DNA of 64,000 bases, taken from contig NC_045138.2 in NCBI RefSeq assembly GCF_008831285.2, positions 620,001 through 684,000 of the forward strand. Direction: 5' to 3'. Numbering within the stretch: position 1 is the first letter of the stretch; every line of letters starts with the position of its first letter. Of the stretch, positions 26,709 to 38,536 are shown piece by piece. The stretch is from Nymphaea colorata (lineage: Eukaryota). Under the pieces are notes generated by a model. The model was not told the DNA's origin. It ran no database searches and saw nothing but the letters and a program-made list of their open reading frames with translations. The translations under genes were made by a program, and so were the position numbers.

Positions 26709-28978
26709 AATAATATTAAAAATGACTTACTCAAGTTTACTCGAGCCGGTTCAATGCCTAACATTAAGTTTTATGCGGAAAACTAACAAAGCTGATGCTG
26801 TATATAACACAAGAAAAAGAAATATGCTTTTATAATTCAATGTTTAAAAAAAGATAGGAAACAGTTGAGCAATCAATGTTAGATTTGGACAGCTAACTAT
26901 CTTTTCTTTCAATCAAGTGTCACGAGAAAATCCCACCTAGCATGGTGTTCCCCAAGTTTTAGCGTGATCGGTGTTAAATTAACATCCAATCAAACGTCAA
27001 AATGATCGCCAAAATCGCAAAGATGTGACGTCTGGTCGCTTGTTTACTAAGAAACAAATCTTTCAAATCACATTATTGTAATGCACAAGATCACAGCTCA
27101 CAGTGCACCAAATTCTGCGACATAATACATCATCATCCTGACAAGAGCATGATTTGGAGTAAGACTCCCACAAATGAGATTTGTTCTTCTTGTCTCTCGA
27201 ACATACTAAAACTTGGGAACGCCATCTAGTTTATTATTCATTAATAAATTGGCCCTTAATTGTTGTTTACTATTATTAACTTACATGAAATCAAAATCAG
27301 AAGACGCCATTCTAATTTTATTTTTGATGAAAAAATTATGATTGTTTTGTGCATCTCGAGGTACATGTCTAGAAATGCTATATTCTTTTGAAAACCCAGA
27401 GACACCTAATTTAACAATCAATCATAATTAAGATGTTTGGATTTGATGTAGTTTTATATAAGGGAAAAGAAAGAATTTTTTTACGAGGAGAGCCGAATTA
27501 AAGTTTTTAAATTTTAACATGAGCTAAAATATCATTTTTTCAAATTTTTTGTATAAGACAAGTGAAATTTTCTAAAATTTACATGTAAATTTATAAAACA
27601 AAATTTTTTAAGGTGGTAAATTATGTAAATAGTATCTATAAAATGAAATTACATTTTTTTTCCTTGTTCCTCATAAATTAGACAATATTGACCTAAATCC
27701 AACCAAGAATGCAAATTCTCTCTCTCTCTCTCACACACACACACATATATATATAGTTTTTGAACTGAATTGGAATCAAAATAATTTGTGAATAAGATTG
27801 ATCCTATGTAAAGAGATAAAATAATTGGGAATATAAAATCACAATAATAAATAAAAAACTGCAATTTGTCCCCACTGAATCTGGTCACGCATTAAATTAA
27901 AAAAAGGGTCCAATTAGACTCAAGTTGGCCCGCTTTGATAACAGTGTCGAGAACCATGTGCTCAAATGTAGAAAAAGGCTGAATAAAGGATTAGATTATT
28001 GGGTCCACTCCCTTAGTTTATCACACATGATGAGGCTTGAAACTTTATGAAATTAAAATATAGAAATTCATGAATGGAGAAGATAAGAACATGAATAGAT
28101 TACGGTTTTGGTAGGTGCTCTCTCTTAATCTTGCGCAGATATTCACATTCCTTCAAGATACATGAAATCGAGCAAGATTTGGTAATATATATCCTCAAGT
28201 CCCTGGTACAGGTTGATCCCTTATGCTTGTTGCCAACATAATGCATCTAATGCACTTACGTGAACTATTCTATGCATTGTTTAACTTAATCTTGAAAGAA
28301 GAAGGAGTTGGATTATGGTTTTCTCTTTTATAGAGTTGAATTAGAATATAATTCCATTTAAATTAAGCAAATCCAGAAAAGACAGACATGATCCAAATCC
28401 AATAAATGAGTTATTTTCATTTTGTTTACTTTAGTTTGGATCTAACGATGCTAATCTGGACATTGTTAAACACTTCGAGAAGTGCTTGAGTGCAGATCCA
28501 AGCCAATGTATTTCAGGCATGGGTCCATATTTGTCCTTTGAAGTGGAGGCAACGATTTGGATTAAAAAAATTCCTCAATTTGGATTCGGTCCACGTCCAA
28601 CCTTTGTCAAGATGTTAGGGCAATTAGCCCAAGTAACAGTGGGTTTTGGTTTGGATCTAGCATGTTTTTATTGGGTAAGGATCCAGATGTGTCTGGTGCC
28701 AGCATGGATCAGACTCAGTTGGCCTACTTATGTTGAGATCTTCTTGCACTTGAACCTTGGTTGACCTCAGTGGCTCTAAAATATTAACAAAAACTAAACC
28801 GACTCAACCCAAAGTTGGCTCGAAGCTCCGCCTGCTAGGTTTGGCCAAATAAAGGTATGGTCCTACGCCCTGACCGAGATACATGGGAGCAGGTATGAGC
28901 CATTGCTGACACCAACCTATTGGAAGGAATTCAAAATTGCATTGCCAAGATTTAAAAAGTACGTAGGTGCCAGACCAG

Positions 28979-29196
28979 CAGGGGCGGAGGGAAGGGGCGC
29001 GTAGGCCATGGCCCCACCCCAACCAAATGAAAATATATATATATATATATATATATATAGTGTAAAAAATGATTTTTTTTTTTTGCTTCCATGTATTTTT
29101 TTTAGTGTGAGTTAAGTTTGACCCTACCCAAATCCAACCCACAAAACCCAGCCCCCATTTGGCCCGCTTTTGAAGAAAATCCTGGCTCCGCCCCTA
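28979..29196. mobile_element. hAT-type MITE (CAGGGGCGGA ends) present only in duplication copy A
   Basis: Ends CAGGGGCGGAG and CTCCGCCCCTA. The 8-bp flanks CAGACCAG / TACACCAG match at 6/8. It is absent from the equivalent site near 31195. Confidence 0.75.
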
Positions 29197-29479
29197 TACA
29201 CCAGAACTCAGCTAGTGACTCGAGTGCCTCTTAGCCAACAAAATCCTAGCTCTACCACTGGTTCTCTTGTGAATTGAAGAAGGTTAAGATTTCAAATCCC
29301 AGGGATCTATTAATCTTCAATTTGTCTCGAGAAAGAAAGTATGAAACTAACTCGGGTTGACTTTTATGATGAAAAGAGAGAGAGAGAGAGAAATTCGACG
29401 CTTAGACATAGTAGAAATTGCGGAAAAGTGGTGACATAAACAAGCAAAGTCTTGACCTAGAGTTTCTACTACTTTGGAA

Positions 29480-29551
29480 CCCAGCTCGGTCAATGGTGGG
29501 GCTAGGTAGTGAGTCTCTTTCATTGAAACCCCACCACTAAACTGGGAGCTT
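29480..29551 (-). ncRNA. Candidate hairpin RNA (miRNA-precursor-like), copy A; family not recognised
   Basis: Minus-strand arms CAGUUUAGUGGUGGGGUUUCA and UAGCCCCACCAUUGACCGAG can pair. The arms are identical to those of copy B while the loop differs. Confidence 0.3.
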
Positions 29552-29730
29552 CACCTTCAAGCCAAATCCACTCAACATTTTTTCTTTACTTTCAAGAACT
29601 TGGCTTGCTTCTCAAGGAAGTTTGATGGATATTGAGACTCACCCAAAAGCTAAAAGTTGTGTCACTCACATGTTTTGTTAAGTGGGCGCTATTCACCTGT
29701 AAGTCCCAAAGCAACTCTAAACCTTGGAAG

Positions 29731-30141
29731 TATGGGTGAACAACGAGTCGAGTCGAGTCATTTGCTTAACGAGTCGAGCTCAAGTTCATGAGTTGACTCG
29801 TTTAAATAATAGAGTTGAGTTCGAGCTCAACACATAACTGTCGAGTCTAGCTCGAGCCCTAATCGAGTTTGTCCAGCCTTAATAAAGTCGATATAGTCAA
29901 ATGAGTTTATGAGTTTGTTGAGCCTGAGCTCGAGCTCAACACATAACTATGAATATCAATTATATGAATCAAACAAGTTTGTCGCGCCTTAATCAAATCG
30001 AGCTCGAGCTCAACAAGTAACTGCCGAGCTCGAGCTTGAGCTGCTTCGTCAAGCTATTCTCACGCTCGAGCCGAGTCAAACTCAAGGGTTTATTAGTCGA
30101 GCCGAGCTCGAGCTGACTGAACTCGGGCTCTAATCCCCATA
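29731..30141. mobile_element. hAT-type MITE, GAGCTCGA-rich family, only in duplication copy A
   Basis: Ends TATGGGTGAAC and CTAATCCCCATA. Collinear with 40899-41307. No clear TSD. Confidence 0.75.
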
Positions 30142-31471
30142 AAAATGCAAATGGAACAAGAACACAAAGCAAATTGAATGAAAGCAGAGGAAATGAAAAA
30201 GAAAAATTAACACGGAAATTAGGGCAAACTCAATTGATCAACGTCGTAAAAGAACTCACATGACCTTAAATAGGCTTTTCTAGAAAATTTGGATCTTTTA
30301 GATTCAATACAAAAACCCAATAAAATGTGCAACCCCCAACTAGTAAATCAGATAAAAACAATAGAAAAGTGGAGCCAAAATGAATCTACTGCAGCTCCGA
30401 TGAGTGCTTCTTAGCCCAACATTTTTTTTGGCAGGCGCTTTTTCTAAAATATATATATAAAAAAAAGATGCTAGCATTTCTTTGTATATTTTGAAATATG
30501 ATGCCTGCTTTTGAAATTGCATGAAAGGCATGGCCTTGAAATCAAGATTTTCCTCATCTTTAATATTATAAACGTGATCTTTAAGAAGTGAATAAAAAAA
30601 TTAGACTAATGAGAAAGCAAAGTCTGCCAAAAAGCATACGTATCAACTTCGGTTTATATAATAACTTCTAAGTTACTCAACCACAAGTATCGACAAGTTA
30701 ATTGGACAAATATGTTACCAAGAGCATCCATGTCAAAATCAGCTCGTAACAAATTGATTCAATTGTGTAGCACTCTATTTATTTTAATAAGTATAATTTT
30801 TTTAAAAGTTTTGTATACATTTTTCCTTTTTATATTTTTAAAATATATAATAATATTGCTAGTTAATCCATAACATATTAAATCATTGAATCTGCCAATT
30901 TATTGAATAAGCAACTCTTAGCTACTGCAATTAAATTTCCAATTTAATTCAGTAGCTATGATGAATAGTATCTTAGCTTTAATACCACCATCATTTCGAG
31001 TGAAGAGTGGAGTATCTCATCATATCACCCAAATAAAATGAGAGCGGAATAAAGAGGTTATATCATATGAATCAAACTCATGACAAAGACTTTCACCGTC
31101 ACTAAATGGTCCATTGCCTACACCAACCCATCAAAAGTTTTACGAGAGAAATTCAAAATTACGTTGTTCTAACTTCAAAATTACATGGGTGCTGGCATCA
31201 AAGCTGGCTGGTAACTCGAGTGCCCCTCGACTAAAAAATCTTAGTTGTGCCGCTGGTCCTCTTACGAGTTGAAGAATGTCAAGAGTTCAATTCTCAATGA
31301 CCCGCTTAGCTCAAACTTGTCTCTTAAGAAACAAAGTCAAAACCCAACCCAAGTTGACTTTTATGTTGGGGAGAGAAAGAGAGAGACCCAGTGACCTTCT
31401 TATTAAGAAGTGGTGGAAAAGTGGTGACATCAACAAGCAACATCTTGACTAGAGTTTCTACAGTTTTCGAA

Positions 31472-31545
31472 CCCAGCTCGGTCAATGGTGGGGCTAAGCG
31501 GTGAGACTCTCTCCCACTGAAACCCCACCACTAAACTGAGAGCTT
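31472..31545 (-). ncRNA. Candidate hairpin RNA (miRNA-precursor-like), copy B; family not recognised
   Basis: Minus strand CUCAGUUUAGUGGUGGGGUUUCAGUGGGAGA-gag-UCUCACCGCUUAGCCCCACCAUUGACCGAG folds by eye into a stem of about 26 pairs. It includes several G-U pairs that are A-C mismatches on the plus strand. Confidence 0.33.
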
Positions 31546-31895
31546 CTTCTTCAAACCAAATCCACTCAATTCTCACTTTCAAGCATTTGGCTTGCTTCTC
31601 TAGGAAGTTTGGAGGATGTAGAGCCTGACCAAAAGCTAGACTTTGCTCCACTCACATGTTTTATGAAGTGGGCGCTATTTCTCTGGACTTTAAATGGTGG
31701 AGTTTGACATTAATTTGAAGGTGTACTATCCTTACACTCAAGTTGCAACGCAACCGCAATTTCCCTGGACTTTTCACCACTCACATTTTTTTTTTTTGGG
31801 GAAGTGTTTGAGAAAAGGTGATGCTTATGTCTCCAAGGGCGTAGTGTAGTTGGTGGGGCTGGCAAGTCGGTGAGAACATAGTCGTTAGTTTGATT

Positions 31896-32208
31896 CATTG
31901 TCACAAAAAAGGTCTTTTATTAAAAAAAACAAGTCAGTCGTATAAAACGTGAAAAACAAGTCAGTCGTATAAAACGTGAAAAAAACTTGTTTTTTTTTAA
32001 AACGTCAAAAAACAAAAAACGCATATAATATCCATATTATATGTATTATACCAATTTTTTTCTTGTTTTTTGTCGTTTTTATTAATTTTTATGTTTTTTT
32101 ATAATTATCAAGATTTATTAAATGTTTTAATTTTTTTAAAAATTCGCCGAGATTATACCCAAAAAATTCTTCGTCATATAATACCAGTACATGTTTTTTG
32201 TGACAATG
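31896..32208. mobile_element. hAT-type MITE with perfect 15-bp terminal inverted repeats, only in duplication copy B
   Basis: CATTGTCACAAAAAA ... TTTTTTGTGACAATG. The decayed 8-bp flanks are GTTTGATT / ATTTCACT. It is related, in inverted orientation, to 34235-34552. Confidence 0.8.
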
Positions 32209-32604
32209 ATTTCACTTGCCATAACTCAACAAGATAAAGTACAAGTTTTCTCAAAATTAATCAATTGCATGAACAGCTCCAATCAGATGGACTCTGCCTG
32301 CCTCTCTAGTGTTCCAAGAATTCAAATCAAATTGGGGGCAGACGAATTCAATTTTGTGGCCTGTTCAGGAGTACCATGTGTCACGTTTCAACTATTTTTT
32401 AAATATATTCGAAACTTTTATTTTAAATTATTTTGTTTGTTTTTCATTTATTTTTTAACAATAATTTTTAAATATTTCCGGCCTATTCACACCCAATTTA
32501 CTTGAATCAACAACTTTCATGCTAACCTAGGTGAGTGCTTCTTAGCCCAACTGTGTTTTGGGAGACTTTTTTAAAAAAAAAAAAGATAAGAAAAGGAAGC
32601 TAGC

Positions 32605-32847
32605 TATCACGTCAAAACTTTCTTGAGCCCATGTGGCCTCAACCATCCCACATCAATAAAGTTTATATTTCTTTGATGCATGCGCGATTTATGCCCATTG
32701 CAAAAGCATCTTTTCATTTCCTTGTAATGTTTGATTCCCGTAGGCACTCGCTATTTGCAAGTTATCTGCGCAACTTTTTGCCCTTTTAGGCTGACGGCGG
32801 ACGATTTATCCCTGGCCGCACAGGCCGGAGAAAGTGAGCCCGTGACA
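32605..32847. mobile_element. 243-bp solo-LTR/TRIM-like insertion in duplication copy B
   Basis: Absent from copy A (empty site GCTAGCATTT near 30470). The ends TATCACG...CGTGACA are near-inverted. Flanks are GCTAGC / ACTGGC. Confidence 0.55.
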
Positions 32848-33847
32848 ACTGGCATTCCTTTGTATACTTTGAAATATGATGACTGCTTTTAAAAAGCGAA
32901 AACTAATGAGAAGGAAAAGATTGCCAAAACCCATACGTATCAACTTCCATTTCTATTTTAACTTATAAGGTACTCAACCTCGAGTATGGACCAGTTGATT
33001 GGACAAATACATAACTAAGTGCATCCTTGTCAATATGAACATGTAACAAATTGATTCAGCTCTGTCTCACTCCAATTATTTTGAAAAGTTTATTTTTTAA
33101 AAGTTTTATATGCACTTTTTTCTTCATTTTTTTAAAAATATGTTAAATAATATAAATCATGGATTTGCCATTTTATTGAGTAAGCAACTCTTATGAAGCA
33201 ATTAAATATGAGAAAAAGGTATCTCATCGTAGATAAAAATAAAAATATATATATTTTCAAACCCAATATACGTCAGCTAGTATCATCAAACTGACGATGC
33301 TGACTTCCACGCATATACTTTGCATTGTCATCGTCATCATCAAGTCGCGTCGCGGCGCAACAGTCAAACTATCGCGTGATCCTTTTAATAACTTATGGGA
33401 CAATAAACATTCCTTAAGCATGTGAATTTCAATCGAGAGATGGACTTTGCAACTAAAATCACGCGACGGGAAATGGGCTACAGCCGGAGATTTCTCGGCC
33501 CGTGACAAGGTCAATGTGCGCTTGATTTCCACGCTTAGTGGGGAAAGAATGGGACAAAGTCATGTTCGACTTAACTTCCTCCGGAAAGGAAAAGGAAAAT
33601 GTTGGGAAGAGGGAGCCATTTTCCAAGGACGTGCTGCGTTTGTATGGCTAAGTTATGCGCCTACCCCTTTTTAATGTTATTAAGAAAGTCAATGGGGGAG
33701 AATAGAGTTCATTGGGAATTGCATTGCATGATGTGAAATGCAATAAAAGGCCAACCATGCCTTCCCAGGTTCCCAACATTTTCTCCATTCGGCGAAGTCA
33801 AAACCCACTAAAAATAAAAATAAACATAAACGGGAAAAGCCATAAAC

Positions 33848-33917
<70 letters not shown>

Positions 33918-33984
33918 CCTGATGCATTGTATTGAGAATGTGTTGTGAGAGGCCTCAGTCTAAACTCAAATGAAGAAATCTAAG

Positions 33985-34052
<68 letters not shown>

Positions 34053-34234
34053 CAAAAGAGAAAGAGAGAGAGATGAACAAAAGTATTTCAGACTATTTCG
34101 GTAAAAAGACAAAAAAATCAACCCCTTTTGGCTGTAGGTTAACTATTTTTGGTGCAATATAACCTAATAAATACGGTCTAAAAATGATTTGAAAGGATAC
34201 ATATGTTAAATTAATCAATTTTTTTATTTTAAAT

Positions 34235-34552
34235 CATTGTCACATATATCATATATGGGTATTATACGACAAAGAATTTTTTAGGTATAATATGGCAAAG
34301 TCATATTATCTCGAAAAAATCTCTGACGAATTTTAAAAAATTTAAAACATTTATTAAATCCTGAAAATTTAAAAATAAAAAATCATAAAAAATATGAAAA
34401 AACAGCGTATAAAAAACGTTTTTTCACGTTTTTATTTTCTAGCGTTTTTTTAAAAAGACACTTCTAATTGCCGTTTCATACAGTTGACTTATTTTTCAAG
34501 TAGTATACACGTTTTTTTTTTTTTGGAAAATAACACATTTTCTGTAACAATG
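34235..34552. mobile_element. hAT-type MITE (CATTGTCAC family)
   Basis: Ends CATTGTCACA and TGTAACAATG, with TSD TTTTAAAT / GTTTAAAT (7/8). Confidence 0.8.
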
Positions 34553-35115
34553 GTTTAAATGTGTTTCTCAACAACAAAGGTAATGGTTCTTATAACATCA
34601 AATTTTAATCTTAAAATGCACCTTAATAATGATTTGCAGTGAAGCATATGTTAATGGCTCTTATAACACCAAAATTTTGATGGTAAATATTGTTTTATAT
34701 TAAATTAGTGTCCATAGACTTAAAGTTTCATATTTTATCATCTTTTAAGAGCAATTTTAGGGAGTCTAGTGTTACTATATATTAATTTCTAAACTCAAGG
34801 AATTATGAAAAGGATCTCTGATAAATCGGATTAAAAGTAACCACTATTGGTACAATTAGTTCTTGGTGAATGAGAAGATTATGACTCAATGCTCTAAAAA
34901 GAGACAAACCCCCCTTTCCTTCTTTTTTCCTTGTTTTTCGGGTCTAAGCCTGCGTTGAGACCGTAATATTGGAAAAAAAAATTCAGTGGCTTCCTCATAA
35001 TCATCATATTCATAAGAACAAAACTCAAATGGCATTGGACTTAATATAAGATTTGGTGAATCTCTTAGTTGTGTACAGAAAGAAATTAATAAGTAATGGG
35101 GATAGCTGACTTTTG

Positions 35116-35157
<42 letters not shown>

Positions 35158-36093
35158 TTGTTCTGAAATCAAATGAGAATAAAACAAAAGTTGAGGGTGA
35201 GGTTTGACATGGGGGACTTGCATGTTGTAAGCATTGATTCATGAAGTAACTTGAAAGCTACAGAAACATGAGCACTGAGGAATTCATACCCAAGTAAAGA
35301 ATTTGGAGGGTTTGGTGAAGACTTTTTGAACTTGTGACAGGTTTCCCAATAAATGGAGCAAACACGATCTGTCAATGGAATCTTGACCTAAACTTGGCCC
35401 TTTTGTCTTTAGTCAACTGCCAATGATGCATGGCCATGGAATAAAAAAGCAGTAAATTTGATTAAAGTCACAACCCTCAAGAATATGAGCCATGAGTTGA
35501 GAACCTTCTTCTTACTTCATTAAGTCATAAGCCTAAAGTGTATGACTCATTGTTAGAGTGGACAAAGATGATTGTCAACTATGAATATGTATGCACCTTA
35601 TATGTTCCTATACCATAGAAGAGTTAATTGTCAACTATATATATATATATATAAGAGAGAGAGAGAGAGAGGAATTGGTAGGCACGAGACCCCTAAGTGC
35701 TAGACTTGGACAGAATCATCTTGGTCATTGATGAATGATTAAGAAAAAATCAAGGAGAAAAATGAGTCTTCAAAAACTCATAATTATAATGTTAATCTCA
35801 TTTAGAATAGCTTGGGGCTTTCAGATTTTGTGGGTTCCATAGTTAACTAGCATTTGTTATGAACCAACTAGATGCTAAATTCTCTCCTTAAGCTAGTGAA
35901 TGGAGCATTTGTTGGAAAAGTTTAGAAAAAGATCAACCATATTGAAAGAAAGAAGAACTAAAACTTTTAACTCCACTATCTTGGTTAGTAGTTTGATGGA
36001 GAGTAACAGTAAAACTTGGGGGCGACAGTAGAACTCCTTAATGAGTCAGTTGACCATAAGAATGGTAACAAAATGTTCTATATGGAACAGTTT

Positions 36094-36212
36094 GTTATTG
36101 TTCTCGTTGGCGGCAGATGAAATACTCTGTGAGTGTTTCATGAATTTACCCGAAAGATTGGGCAGATTCATGAAACTCACAGTATTGTTCTTACTGCCAA
36201 ACAACCAATAAC
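36094..36212. mobile_element. Foldback (palindromic) element, probably the core of a Tourist-like MITE
   Basis: Nested inverted pairs GTTATTG/CAATAAC, TTGGC/GCCAA, CTGTGAG/CTCACAG and GTTTCATGAAT/ATTCATGAAAC. A related core lies at 56380-56460. Confidence 0.6.
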
Positions 36213-36956
36213 GGTATATTTGAATACCTTGGATTTAAAGGTACCAAGTTAAGATTGATTTCTAAGAAGGTTTTAGAATTTTATGTTTGAAGGACGGAAG
36301 GACTGTATCATGAATCTGTAAACCTTGCATCTGAAAATCTATGGATCTCAAGTGAGACCCCCTTTCCTCGGATTTGTAATCCACAGATTTAAGGAATAAT
36401 GGAGATTCTAAATCCATCATTCTCAATTCCAACAGTTTGCCAAAGCCATTAATTGAAGGTGGCAGCATTGTCAAAGATCTGATCCTCTGGTCTAAGATTT
36501 GGAGTAATCAAACGCCATTTAAGTGTATATTTTCACGGAAATTCATTGACCTATAACTTCAGCTTATACAAAAAAGTGACAACCATAAGAAATGAATTGC
36601 ATTATTGATGGCTGTGACTTGTAGAGTGACCCCACTATGAAAAACCCCTTTAGATTCATTTAGAAGATGATCATCAACAGTTGGAGAAGTTGAATACTTT
36701 TATAAAAAGTTGAACACTTTCAAGGCATGCCGTTGTATAAGAAACTTTTCAACTCTAGAAGGATGACAAAAGTAGCCTTTTTTTTTTCTTTCTTGGATAC
36801 AAAATATGCACCATTTCCATCATATGTGGACACCTAACATTAATCAAATACGTGATTTCATTAAATATTCTTACAGCAATTATTATGAATCACTAATCTT
36901 TATTTAAAAAAGTGATTTTAATAATAAACACAAAGCTTTCAAACACACTGGTAGAG

Positions 36957-37027
36957 CGTCATTGCTTCTTCTCCGGGAAAAGAAGTTCACGACCCGTAGG
37001 CCTTCTACCTCCACACGGCATTGCTCC
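36957..37027 (-). pseudogene. rrn16: Nuclear plastid DNA insertion (NUPT): 71-bp fragment of chloroplast 16S rRNA
   Basis: The minus strand reads GGAGCAATGCCGTGTGGAGGTAGAAGGCCTACGGGTCGTGAACTTCTTTTCCCGGAGAAGAAGCAATGACG. This matches the plastid 16S V3 region as I recall it, with CGCG changed to CGTG. Confidence 0.9.
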
Positions 37028-38417
37028 TGAGCAACCTAACAAGAACTACAGGTCATAATGCAAGACAACAAATGCTATACTCAACTTTCCAGGTTTACAG
37101 GATTGTGCATTTGGTTTGTCAAGTGCAATAATTACATAACAAGTTCAGACAACCACAGGTAGGTGGTCAGTAGCTGGATTGAATTGCATGGGCGCCAGCC
37201 TCTTTCTCTCTCTCTCTCTCTCGGAAATCTGCCAGGTCAACCCTACGCCGGAGTAGAGCCAGAAATTTTTTTTTCTTGGAAGAACAACGAGTTATAAATG
37301 GCATGTAATTTTTTTTTCATGTAGGTCAACTCCATTTTTTAGAACTTTTTAAAAAGCCGAATTAAACTTTTTGAAAATTTTAAGAAGTAAAATTTTATTT
37401 TTCAAAAACCTTGAAGGTGCCATCAAGCCTGGGCACCGGGCCGGGCCGCTTGCGGGTACCCGGTATCTGGCCTGACTAGGGCCCGGGCCCAGAAAAAGGG
37501 CACTGGCCCGGCCCTGGTGAGCCCGATAATAGTTTTTTAATATATATTTTATATTATATATATATATATTTATAACATTTTATTATGATTTTTAATATTT
37601 ATATATTATTTTATATTAAAAATTATATATTTTATAAGTTAATCGGTCCGATCCCAGGTTTCGAATGTCGAACTGCCCCAATGTCCAAGCTTAGGTGCCA
37701 TGGCCCAGCCCTCTGAATCGGCCTGGTCTCTCTCATGAAGAGTGGAGTTAGATTTTTTTTTTCTTAATTGGGCCATTGTATAATTTCCAAAATTTCTATC
37801 GCGGCCAAATGAAAATTTTTGCAAATTTTATATAGTAATTTCTATTTTTTTTTCAAACCTGGGGTTGGGAGGGCGATATTTCACCAATTAAAATTAAAAA
37901 AAAAAAAGTTTGCAAATCGAGAAAAAGTGCATGCTGTAAAGAATAATGCACTTTTTCTCAATATGATTATGAAAGAAAATTCAGATATGAACTTTCTTCA
38001 CGAGAACAGCTATTGGATGTACCCCATGGATTAGTGCAGGTCCTATAACCATAGCTTGCACAAAGAGTGATGCCCAATTAAATAAACAGATACGCCAATA
38101 ACTTAGATTTGGATTACCCAATCAAAACAAACATGAAAAATAAATCGGATCAGAACAATTTATATCACCAAAACCGAATTTATGGCTGCCAGTGTGACAC
38201 CCTTCATTATGCCAACTCTTTTGGATCTATATGATTGTTTCCATTTAATGAATGAACTGAGTTGAAAGAGAGCTAGAACAATGAGAAAGGGACAATAAAG
38301 AAAGGTTGCAATTGATTCTAGAGATTGTTTATCAAGGGGAAGCTTGTGGGTAGTTGGGAGATGCCAGTGCTTCAGTGGGGCATGTTGATATTTATAACCA
38401 ATCATAATGGTTGGTTT

Positions 38418-38536
38418 ATGGAAAATAATATGATCGGCCAAACTTATATGATAATGGAAAATAATATGATTGGCCAAACTTATATGATAATGGGAAATAA
38501 TAGGATTGGGCAAAACTTATATGATAATGGGAAATA
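38418..38536. repeat. Minisatellite, 36-bp unit x ~3.3
   Basis: Unit ATGGAAAATAATATGATYGGCCAAACTTATATGATA repeated head to tail. Confidence 0.92.

Larger units (their letters stand above)
28895..33245. repeat. Old tandem duplication of non-coding DNA: copy A ~28895-31045, copy B ~31105-33245
   Basis: Collinear shared anchors include GGAAAAGTGGTGACAT, GAACCCAGCTCGGTCAATGGTGGGGCTA, CACTCACATGTTTT, TGAGTGCTTCTTAGCCCAAC, CATACGTATCAACTTC, TAAGCAACTCTTA and GTATCTCATC. Confidence 0.9.

Noticed and set aside
32645..32700. ATCCCACATCA resembling the plant snRNA upstream sequence element
   Set aside because: No proper TATA box at the expected spacing and no recognisable snRNA downstream. It lies inside the solo-LTR-like insert, and TCCCACATC motifs are common in LTRs.
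32899..32918. AAACTAATGAGAAGGAAAA resembling the 5' part of U12 snRNA
   Set aside because: It lacks the TGCCTT 5' end, the Sm site and the downstream stems, and the paralogous site near 30605 is diverged.
38418..38536. 36-bp repeats as a CRISPR array or repeat protein (MENNMIGQTYMI)
   Set aside because: Head-to-tail units with no spacers in a eukaryotic context; the open frame follows from the unit length being a multiple of three.
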